A stretch of 61,729 nucleotides of DNA, counting the filler. It is 5 parts of 5 records of this genome, joined end to end, with 100 filler letters (N's around TTAATTAATTAA, not from the genome) between each part and the next. Parts side by side here need not be neighbours in the genome. Positions count along the whole stretch, not along the records: positions 1 to 18,000 come from DRR378314_1221; positions 18,101 to 34,215 come from DRR378314_1222; 3 more parts are not named here. One strand, written 5' to 3'. The notes under the pieces were generated by a model, which was not told the origin of the DNA, ran no database searches, and saw only the letters and a program-made list of their open reading frames with translations. Shown here in pieces: positions 17,416-25,405 of the stretch. Numbering within the stretch: position 1 is the first letter of the stretch; every line of letters begins with the position of its first letter. The position numbers were made by a program, and so were the translations under genes.

Positions 17416-17928
17416 CTAGTCATTTGACTTGGGAAATGACGTATGAACCCTATAACCATTTGGAGCCAAAGGATCTTTAACCAATAGCACAAATGATTTA
17501 TTGGAAGGCTGAGAAACTGTGTCCTCTTGCGGAATGACACGACCAACTTCATAGTCAAGTGCTTCATTAAGCGTAAGCCTTGGCTTAGGGCTATTTGTCA
17601 ACCATTCTTGGACGCTATCTCGGTTTCTCGACAACACATCATCAATTGTTCTTTGCGCTGTTTCGATGTCAGGATACGTAGAGGAACCCAATATATCTGG
17701 CTCAATTTCGAATCACTGCAACAACTGCTCATCTGTTTTTTCAATATGACGCCTAATGGTGTGACCACCGAGATTTTCGTGGAAAATCAGAGTTCCACCG
17801 CTTTCACTTTTAATCAATGACGTTTTGTTTGGAACAACACTTTCACCCCGCCTCATAAGCACCTTACTCACAAACCTCGGCAAACTTGCCGCTACACCGC
17901 CTGCGCCAGACTGTATATACCCTTTCAA
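17416..17928 (-). pseudogene. orphan RNase A-like (CdiA-CT type) toxin with an internal nonsense codon
   Basis: HENLGGHTIRRHIEKTDEQLLQ*FEIEPDILGSSTY...GYRVHTSFP is one frame, broken by TGA at 17713-17715. Confidence 0.8.
17858..17908 (-). repeat. toxin junction repeat, copy 2
   Basis: Encodes GAGGVAASLPRFVSKVL; 46/51 identical to 16337-16387. Confidence 0.9.
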
Positions 17929-17931
17929 CGA

Positions 17932-18000
17932 CTAGCCATCTCGCTGCCAAAAAGAATCATTAGGATCGATATACCCCCTATCCTTTAACGCATCGATCAG
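17932..18000 (-). CDS. 3' end of an upstream ORF, probably another immunity gene (partial)
   Basis: LIDALKDRGYIDPNDSFWQRDG* is open to the contig edge and stops just before the next cassette. Confidence 0.4.
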   Translation of the reverse strand: MIDALKDRGYIDPNDSFWQRDG

Positions 18001-18100
18001 NNNNNNNNNNNNNNNNNNNNNNNNNNNNNNNNNNNNNNNNNNNNTTAATTAATTAANNNNNNNNNNNNNNNNNNNNNNNNNNNNNNNNNNNNNNNNNNNN
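18001..18100. other. artificial contig linker
   Basis: N-run + TTAATTAATTAA + N-run. Confidence 0.99.
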
Positions 18101-18101
18101 C

Positions 18102-18227
18102 GATCTCGCCGGCGCATGCAATGAGCTGCCGCGTTGGAACCGGGCAGGGGGGCGCGTGATCCGTGGTCTTACCAATCGACGTATGTCGGAACGTGCCGTG
18201 TGCCTGAAGTCGCTGGAGGCCGCATGA
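18102..18227 (+). CDS. phage endolysin (GH24 lysozyme), C-terminal part
   Basis: DLAGACNELPRWNRAGGRVIRGLTNRRMSERAVCL; not in the ORF track because the start is missing. Confidence 0.85.
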   Translation, partial: DLAGACNELPRWNRAGGRVIRGLTNRRMSERAVCLKSLEAA

Positions 18228-18559
18228 GACCGTGGGGATTGATTGCGGCGCTTGGGCTTTCTGGCGCCGTCATTTTATGCGCGGCGGGATGGGGGATTTG
18301 GTCCCGGGGTTATCACGCTGGCGTCGCTGCCGAAATTCTTCGGCAGGGCGAGGAACGGCAGGACCGGCAACAGGAATTGTTCCACCTGGCGGATCAACTG
18401 TTTCAACGTGAGGCGGAATTGGAGACCTTTCGACATGCACAAACGATCCACGCGCAGGCGCTCGAGGAGGCCGCGCGTGCGGATCCTAATAACGTTCGTC
18501 CTGGGATCAGCTCTGGCGGGCTGCAGCGCCTGGAGCGGCGCTGGGGCTCTGCGCCTTGA
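18224..18559 (+). CDS. Rz-like inner-membrane spanin
   Basis: ATGA overlap with the endolysin, N-terminal TM segment, coiled-coil body. Confidence 0.75.
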   Translation: MRPWGLIAALGLSGAVILCAAGWGIWSRGYHAGVAAEILRQGEERQDRQQELFHLADQLFQREAELETFRHAQTIHAQALEEAARADPNNVRPGISSGGLQRLERRWGSAP

Positions 18560-18743
18560 TCCCTTGCCGCTGGCGGTCGCGGCGTCCTGTCCGCATCCCT
18601 CAACACTCCTTAGCAAGGGCGGTACTGTTGCAGATGACGAGATTAGCCTGGGGCGGATCGGAGATGCTTTGATTCAGTGCAGGGACGAAAAGGCCGTCGC
18701 CGTCAAGGCCTACAATGGGGTGCGGGAGGTATTGGCGCGGTAG
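18477..18743 (+). CDS. Rz1-like outer-membrane lipoprotein spanin
   Basis: GAGGAGG RBS, GTG start, LAGC lipobox, Pro-rich segment; overlaps the Rz 3' end in another frame. Confidence 0.75.
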   Translation: MRILITFVLGSALAGCSAWSGAGALRLDPLPLAVAASCPHPSTLLSKGGTVADDEISLGRIGDALIQCRDEKAVAVKAYNGVREVLAR

Positions 18744-18876
18744 GTGTACAGGCGGAGTGGACCAACGTGGCTAAACACCCGGCGATGATAAAGAAAATAA
18801 CTTCTGGGGCTTTACTGTGGTCAACACAACCGCCACCCTTCGCGTATCCCAAATGATAAACTAAAAAGGAATTCCC

Positions 18877-19113
18877 ATGAGTGAAGAGATGGATCGCAAT
18901 GCCGTTGGTGTGCACATTGGGCAGGCCCTTCGAGCAGTGAATATCAATCTTGTAGTCGCTATCGATGAGATGACGAAGTCAGACCCAACTCTTGCGGACC
19001 GCATCTCCTCACGCGTTCAAAAGGTCATTGATAGCAATCCCCAACTGACCGAGACAGCGGTTGCGCAGCACAAATACCTAATCGACTTGCTTGAAAAGAC
19101 GGAAGAGGACTAG
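18877..19113 (+). CDS. hypothetical protein (possible prophage moron)
   Basis: AAGGA RBS; 78-aa helical ORF. Confidence 0.55.
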   Translation: MSEEMDRNAVGVHIGQALRAVNINLVVAIDEMTKSDPTLADRISSRVQKVIDSNPQLTETAVAQHKYLIDLLEKTEED

Positions 19114-19193
19114 CGCCGCGCCGGGGAATGGATCGATTTATGTCGAGCGATTGAGCCTGGCCGTCTTCGCGTTGTCCATCATCGGACAAATCT

Positions 19194-19217
19194 ACCGGTA
19201 CCGATTTCGGTACCGGT
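19194..19217. repeat. perfect 11-bp inverted repeat
   Basis: ACCGGTACCGA-TT-TCGGTACCGGT. Confidence 0.8.
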
Positions 19218-19367
19218 GTTAGGGCGCTAGCGCATGCGCAAGCTCCTGCAGCTCAAAGCGTAGCAAAGGCGACACCCCACTGTCGAACTTTGGCAAAACC
19301 CGCCACAGGAACCGAAGTTGTGCTCCGGGATATGGCCTAGAGCGAAGATGTACGACATGTTGTGCGA

Positions 19368-20144
19368 ATGAAAGAACTGCACAGAACCATCAGGCTACTC
19401 TACACGGGCCAAAGCCAGCGCGCCCGCCGGTTTCGCTATGGGCTGATCTTATTCGATGCGCTGACCATCATCTATTTTATCGCGACTGCAGCACTGCCCA
19501 CGACGCCGACAATGTTCGCAATCAATACCGCGCTTGGGGTGCTGATACTCTTGGACCTTGCGGCGAGGTCTTGGATATCCCAAAATTTGCGCCGAGAGCT
19601 TATGCGCATCTATACGCTGGCAGATCTGGTTGTTGTGGCATCACTGCTGTTCGCGCCGTTTCTCACTGGAAACTTTGCCTTCTTGCGTGTTCTGCGGGGG
19701 CTGCGCCTTATTCACGCGTACCATCTACTGCGTGACCTCAGGCGCGAGAGCCTATTCTTTCGACGCCATGAGGACGCGATCCTCGCGGCAGTAAACTTGT
19801 TTGTCTTCATCTTCGTGACCACGTCGCTGGTCTTCGTCCTGGCCTTCGATGAAAAGGCTGGTCTCACCGGCTATATTGATGCGCTTTATTTCACGGTGGC
19901 GACGCTTACGACGACGGGCTTTGGTGACATCACCATGACAACACCAAGCGGGAAGCTGCTATCAGTGTTCATCATGGTTGTAGGTGTGGCGCTGTTTGTG
20001 CAGCTGGCGCGTGCCATCTTTCAGCCGTCTAAGATTAAGTACAAGTGTCCTCAATGTGGCCTGAACCGGCATGAACCAGATGCCATTCACTGCAAGCATT
20101 GCGGCGAGTCGGTGAAGATTGAGACCGAGGGGGAGATAGGGTGA
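19368..20144 (+). CDS. potassium channel family protein with C-terminal zinc ribbon
   Basis: S4-like LRVLRGLRL, pore TLTTTGFGDI, CPQC...CKHC. Confidence 0.9.
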   Translation: MKELHRTIRLLYTGQSQRARRFRYGLILFDALTIIYFIATAALPTTPTMFAINTALGVLILLDLAARSWISQNLRRELMRIYTLADLVVVASLLFAPFLTGNFAFLRVLRGLRLIHAYHLLRDLRRESLFFRRHEDAILAAVNLFVFIFVTTSLVFVLAFDEKAGLTGYIDALYFTVATLTTTGFGDITMTTPSGKLLSVFIMVVGVALFVQLARAIFQPSKIKYKCPQCGLNRHEPDAIHCKHCGESVKIETEGEIG

Positions 20145-20496
20145 TGCACATGCCGGCTAGTCCCGATAGTTGGCCATAACTGCAGCTCAATTGGCTGTGC
20201 TCCTCCGCGCAAGTTCAGGATGCAGAACAGGTCTTAGATTGCAGTCACGAGCCTGTTGTATCTGAGGTTTGCGCTTCTGAACCCATCGCTAACCTTGGTC
20301 AAAGCTGGCAACGGAACGTTGCTTCGCGTGAACTAGCTCAGGCAAGGACTAAGCTCGTATGAGAGCTACGTAAGGGTTGGCACATGCTGTGGCCTGGGTT
20401 ATGCAAGGCATCGCCGTCTACCGATCCCGATGGATCACGGGAACGTATCCTCAGTTCGATCCGGACATTCGCTCGCGGCGCGAGTAAAACTCATTT

Positions 20497-21849
20497 GTGA
20501 GCCAGACTAGTATGCAGGAAAAGCAATCAATTATCCCTGAGGCGTGGCGCCCCAATCAAAAGGTGATTTTGTCTCAACGCGAACCGACGATATTGGGTGT
20601 CTTGCGAGATCAGCCTGGTAGTACGCCTGGAATCGTCACCCCGGTTAAGGTGCAGAAAGGGACGCGATATATCTTTGAGGTGGAACTGGTTGGCAACTGC
20701 CCGATCAGATTCTATCTGGCCGATAGTAACCGCAAAGAGGTTCCGCTCGATGTGGTTGAAATTCCGAGGAAATCGAGCCAGAAAAATTCTATGTCCTTCG
20801 TGGCAAGTGAGACCGGACAGATGTGGGTCGGTTTGCTAATTCGAAACTCGAAGCTCGAAACACGTGCCCAGAGCGGTGATTTTTTTGAACTCCAATCGGC
20901 GTCTCTAAGGCCCGTGCAGTCCAATAGCGGTGCCGTCGCGAGTCTAGCAACTATGCCTTCGCGCATATCCTCGCTTCCCGCGACGCTCGCTTCGATTCTA
21001 GACCAAGTAGATCATGTTTTTATCCACCTTAATGAATTCAACGAAGTACCTGAATTCCTTAAACGCTCGGAAATTACTGTAACTAGGTCCCAGCAGCTCG
21101 GCAACCTACGTGACACCGGTAAATTTGTTGGTTTGCGTGAGGTCTCCGATGATACTCTGTTCTTTACCATCGACGATGACATTATCTATCCGTCTAATTA
21201 TGTCACCCAAATGACTGCGGCTCTTGATCGGTTTGATCGTCGCGCGGCCGTCGGCGTTCATGGCATCATCTTTCCGCGTAAACCGCGCAGTTTTTTCGAC
21301 CGCCTTGCGGTGCATTTCAAAAGCTCTCTCGCGGTCGACCTGCCGGTGTCGTGTTTGGGTACAGGAACAACAGCCTGCCGAGCGGGTACCCTGCGTCCAG
21401 AGATAGAAGACTTTGAACAGCATGGCATGGCGGATCTATATTTTGCTGGACTTGCCAAACAAGCAGGCGTTCCGTTGGTATCAGTGGCACGGCGCAGTGA
21501 CTGGCTTTACGATGCTCTGGATCCAGGGGAGCAAAACAATACGCTCTACCAGGAAACCCGTAGCAACAACTCACCTCATAGCAAGGTTCTGAAACAATAT
21601 GGCCCTTGGGGGTTCGCGGAAATCGAAAAATCCCTAGCGCAAGTCGGTGCTGCGACTGGGAAGGATCCGTTGTCTCCCGAGGCGCGTGCCTTTGTTAGTT
21701 ATGGCCTTTGGCTCGAACGGGCTTGTACAGGAGCCAGTGTCGATGTGCCGTTGACTGAAGATACGGTTTCCTTGGCCAATACGTTGAAGCTGCCAGACTT
21801 TCTGCGTGAAGCAATGTTCTCCAAAGGAGAAGATTATGTTCAAAGGTAA
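20497..21849 (+). CDS. GT-A fold glycosyltransferase with a beta-rich N-terminal domain (start uncertain)
   Basis: SLATMPSRI, SILDQVD, DTGKF, TIDDDIIYP, LGTGT, MADLY motifs. Confidence 0.8.
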   Translation: MSQTSMQEKQSIIPEAWRPNQKVILSQREPTILGVLRDQPGSTPGIVTPVKVQKGTRYIFEVELVGNCPIRFYLADSNRKEVPLDVVEIPRKSSQKNSMSFVASETGQMWVGLLIRNSKLETRAQSGDFFELQSASLRPVQSNSGAVASLATMPSRISSLPATLASILDQVDHVFIHLNEFNEVPEFLKRSEITVTRSQQLGNLRDTGKFVGLREVSDDTLFFTIDDDIIYPSNYVTQMTAALDRFDRRAAVGVHGIIFPRKPRSFFDRLAVHFKSSLAVDLPVSCLGTGTTACRAGTLRPEIEDFEQHGMADLYFAGLAKQAGVPLVSVARRSDWLYDALDPGEQNNTLYQETRSNNSPHSKVLKQYGPWGFAEIEKSLAQVGAATGKDPLSPEARAFVSYGLWLERACTGASVDVPLTEDTVSLANTLKLPDFLREAMFSKGEDYVQR

Positions 21850-23515
21850 CAGTGTGAAACGCGCCCTTAGTAGAGTTTCAGGCAAAAACGAACATAATAA
21901 AGGGGTCAAGACCGGGATGGTTGAGACAATTCAAGCGTCCAGAAAATCATATGGTTTTCGAGAGATGTCTGCCAAGCTTATCGGGTCTTCTGCCGAAAGC
22001 ACTTTCGGCTTATGGCAAGGGTGTACAAAGGAATTTCTGTCTGATCTGTCTGTGTCTGCCATAGGAAAGGGACTGATACGGGAAGCTCTGGCACTTGATC
22101 TATGGCTGTTGGAGCATGAGATGTCTCTGCTGCTGTGTGCACGTGCGTTTCAATCTGCCGTGGACTGTGTCGAAGTGGACGCCGCACGATCTCTCTTCAC
22201 AATCTTGGACGACCAGGGGCTGACCGGGAACGATGAGGTTCTTTCTCTTGCTGTTCTTGAAGTCGCCGATAACCAGTTCGAGCGGGCAGCAACCCTGCTA
22301 TACAGGGTGCAATCTACAACTCTTCTCAAAAAGCGTCTGTTGGCAGAGGTATTGCTTCGCAATCAAACAGATGATGCTAAATATGTCGCGGCTAGCTTGC
22401 TTAGATACTCTCTACAGCGAAAAGTGTATAGGCTAGAGCAGTTCCTAGATGCGCTTCGCCAATCAGCTGTCCTGCAAAATGATGAGAGCTTGCTTCGTCA
22501 TATGCTGAAAGTTGTACATGACGACAACCTGCTGCCTCTTCTCTCCCATCTGGCACGCGAGAACTTACTGGAACAAGTTGATAGATCCACCCTTGACCGC
22601 GTCTCCGTAGACGCGGCTTTTTGGCAAAACCGGATCGGCAAGCCAATAGACCACACTGCGGATCTGTTTGAAATCAACGAAATCTACTTCACTGAAGGTA
22701 TGGGCGGGCTGGCCTTCGATAAGTCAGTAAAGGGCCTAGCAGGGCTTCGCTCAACTCCGGCACTGCCTGAGCCACGCGCCGGACTGGTTAGCATAATTAT
22801 CTGCGCCTATGATGCCGCTGACACGATTGAGTTTTCGATCCGCTCCGTTGCGGCTCAAAACTATTCCAACCTTGAAATCATAGTAATTGACGACTGCAGT
22901 GATGAACCTATTGCGGTGAATCCGAAGTGGGCCGCAGGTCGACCGCTAAAGGTGCACCGCAACCCAGTTAACATGGGCCCCTACCTTTCACGCAATGCAG
23001 GCATCGAGCGAGCGGAGGGCAACTATATCGGTTTTCATGATGCTGATGACTGGGCCCACCCTGACAAGACGTCTCATCAGCTGAGAGCAATGTTGGAAAC
23101 GGGTGCTGTAGCTCACTATGGTGGTCACATCCGCATGGATCCGGATGGTGCCATTATGCCCGAAAATAACGGACGCTTCATTGGCGACGGGCCTGTAACA
23201 GGCTTGTTCCATCGCAGTGTTTTCGATCAGTGTGGAAAATTCGCCCAAACCCGAACCAGAGGCGACATCGAATTCCGTCGCCGTATTACCAGGCTTCTCG
23301 GCGAGCGCCCCATTGCCAGCAACTCTGTCCCTTATATCTTAGCGCTGGAGTGGAACAGCAACTCAAAGAAAATGACGGATACGCTTGTAAAAGAAAGAGC
23401 CATGCGAGGCTTCCTTCGTCGATCTGAAGGGGCGTTGGCCATGGCTCGGTTCGTACGGGCACCTGAACAGATGCACCTTGTGATCGACAATGCCAAAGGT
23501 GCACCATTCGACTAA
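21836..23515 (+). CDS. family 2 glycosyltransferase with a helical N-terminus
   Basis: VSIIICAYD, IIVIDDCS, NMGPYLSRN, FHDADDWAHP motifs. Confidence 0.88.
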   Translation: MFKGNSVKRALSRVSGKNEHNKGVKTGMVETIQASRKSYGFREMSAKLIGSSAESTFGLWQGCTKEFLSDLSVSAIGKGLIREALALDLWLLEHEMSLLLCARAFQSAVDCVEVDAARSLFTILDDQGLTGNDEVLSLAVLEVADNQFERAATLLYRVQSTTLLKKRLLAEVLLRNQTDDAKYVAASLLRYSLQRKVYRLEQFLDALRQSAVLQNDESLLRHMLKVVHDDNLLPLLSHLARENLLEQVDRSTLDRVSVDAAFWQNRIGKPIDHTADLFEINEIYFTEGMGGLAFDKSVKGLAGLRSTPALPEPRAGLVSIIICAYDAADTIEFSIRSVAAQNYSNLEIIVIDDCSDEPIAVNPKWAAGRPLKVHRNPVNMGPYLSRNAGIERAEGNYIGFHDADDWAHPDKTSHQLRAMLETGAVAHYGGHIRMDPDGAIMPENNGRFIGDGPVTGLFHRSVFDQCGKFAQTRTRGDIEFRRRITRLLGERPIASNSVPYILALEWNSNSKKMTDTLVKERAMRGFLRRSEGALAMARFVRAPEQMHLVIDNAKGAPFD

Positions 23516-23546
23516 GGCGTGGCAATGCGCGACCGCTCATGAATAG

Positions 23547-25334
23547 ATGGCTCAAGAAGTCACGAAATTAAGTAAGTCCAAAGGAAAGAAGATGCCAATA
23601 CTCTACGTCGCAGGCTGGAAAAGCGATGCTCTTCCTTCTTACGCTCTGGACTGGCCCGTATCCGACCGGAATGGCAGGGGCAGTCGCTATGACTGGCAGA
23701 ATGACCGTATGTTCGTTCATGCCGCTCTGCATGGAGCAGATGAGCAATCCCATGTCCTGCATCTGGATGACGGTCGAATCGCGTTTCTGTCAGGGTATGC
23801 AGGCGATGTAGATGTATCTGGTTTTCTGAAGCGTAACTTGCTCTTTGATGGAGAGAACTTAAGTTTGAGAGAGGTTATGGGGGGGATCTACTCACTTCTC
23901 CTGATCGATCCGCAAAAGGAAGAAATCCGCGGGTGGTCTAGTCAGCCCGCAATCGAAGGGATTTACTACGACAGTCAGGCTAAAGCGATTTCCAACCGAC
24001 CCGGCTTGTTGGCGCCAAGTGCGCGGGGCTCAAATCTAGAGTATCTCGGTTGGTATCTGGGTCCAGGATATAGTTTGGATGACTCCACGCCATTTGCCGG
24101 TGTCTCGACCGTACCGAGTGACAAGTCGTTGTTGTGTACGCGGGAAACCACTGGCCTGCGTCCTCATCCCAACCCGCCGATAGAGCACTTAACGGAACTT
24201 ACTGTGCATGAAGCAAGCGAGATGGGCGAGGCTGTCTTGCTTGAGTGCTGCACCCCTCTACAGCGTTTTCCTGATGTCGAACTTTTCCTAAGCAATGGCA
24301 AAGATAGCCGTCTTCTCTGCGCCGCTCTAGCCAAGTCCGGCATGCCAGTTAAGACAAGTACTTCCGATGTGCCCGGCGGCGGCATTCTGGAGGCAGCAGA
24401 AAAGATATCTGAACTTGCCGGCTTCACTAATAGCCTCATGCCAATCGAAACGAATTCAACGGAGCCTCTGTGCCAGGTGTCCAAAGTATTGAAATCATCA
24501 TTTGGACACCCCAATACAGAGGCCAATGTTGATTTCGGGCTTTGGCCAGTAAGTTCTGGAACGTCCGGGGCGGTGATTTTCGGTCATGCGCATCTTCAAA
24601 AGGGGGGGTTTATTCGCCGTATGCTGCGCTCGCCTGAGGAGGTTCGCGCCACGCTCTTGGAAAAGTTCGACAACCCGCTTGCAGCACCAGCTGTCCGTCA
24701 GGCGGGGCGTGATAGTATCATCGAGTGGCAGGAGACGCACGAGTTCGCAGAGAAAGTAGGCCCTTTATTCTGGGCCAACCATGACTTCCGTGTTGCGCGA
24801 TATTTGCGCGCTCACTTTTATCGTTTCGGCAGTAAGGCCAACCCGGTCTATCCTCTAGTGGACGAACGTTGGGCGCGCCTCTGCGCGGCGCTACCCAAGA
24901 ATTATCTAGCCAATGAGTCGTTTATGTATCTTGTTATGCATCGTCTCTATCCAAAGTTGAGCGAGCTGCCTCCGGTAGAGAAGCGGTGGCGTTTCGAATC
25001 CGGCAGCGCATCTGACATTCACCCTGAGACCTATGATCTACGGGCTGCAGTTCAAGTAAAGGAAAGCCCCCGCTCAAAGCGCCCGAATGCTTGGTCGGAT
25101 AGTAATCTACATCAGTCGTTGGCAAAAAGAGTTCTGGACAGCTCGCACCGCGAGAACATCATGGAATGCGTCACGCCGCAAATGCAAGCCACTCTCGCAG
25201 CCATCGCCCAAGGCACACGTCCCGAAATAGAGAGCGTACCTAGGCGATTGGTGACTGTGCAGCTCTTCCGAATGGCCGAAGCATCTGTACTTTATGATGA
25301 GGTATTGCCTTACTTTAAAAATCAATCAAAATAA
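23547..25334 (+). CDS. asparagine synthetase-like amidoligase
   Basis: PP-loop-like LSNGKDSR, degenerate Ntn-like N-domain (GGIYSL, ISNRP, TPFAGV), YPLVD. Confidence 0.65.
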   Translation: MAQEVTKLSKSKGKKMPILYVAGWKSDALPSYALDWPVSDRNGRGSRYDWQNDRMFVHAALHGADEQSHVLHLDDGRIAFLSGYAGDVDVSGFLKRNLLFDGENLSLREVMGGIYSLLLIDPQKEEIRGWSSQPAIEGIYYDSQAKAISNRPGLLAPSARGSNLEYLGWYLGPGYSLDDSTPFAGVSTVPSDKSLLCTRETTGLRPHPNPPIEHLTELTVHEASEMGEAVLLECCTPLQRFPDVELFLSNGKDSRLLCAALAKSGMPVKTSTSDVPGGGILEAAEKISELAGFTNSLMPIETNSTEPLCQVSKVLKSSFGHPNTEANVDFGLWPVSSGTSGAVIFGHAHLQKGGFIRRMLRSPEEVRATLLEKFDNPLAAPAVRQAGRDSIIEWQETHEFAEKVGPLFWANHDFRVARYLRAHFYRFGSKANPVYPLVDERWARLCAALPKNYLANESFMYLVMHRLYPKLSELPPVEKRWRFESGSASDIHPETYDLRAAVQVKESPRSKRPNAWSDSNLHQSLAKRVLDSSHRENIMECVTPQMQATLAAIAQGTRPEIESVPRRLVTVQLFRMAEASVLYDEVLPYFKNQSK

Positions 25335-25405
25335 GGAATGGTGAGCTACTGTTCCGATTGGTCGTGGCGATGCGGTTGTCCCCTGAGCGCGCTCGCCACG
25401 ACCTT

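Noticed and set aside
15991-17928. Calling the toxin array a classical CDI (cdiBAI) or Rhs locus
   Set aside because: These toxin tips are shared among delivery systems, and no VENN, haemagglutinin repeat or DPxG junction is visible. It cannot be fully excluded because the contig ends.
18046-18057. TTAATTAATTAA occurring four times as a biological repeat
   Set aside because: It is always centred in N-runs, so it is an assembly spacer with stops in all frames.
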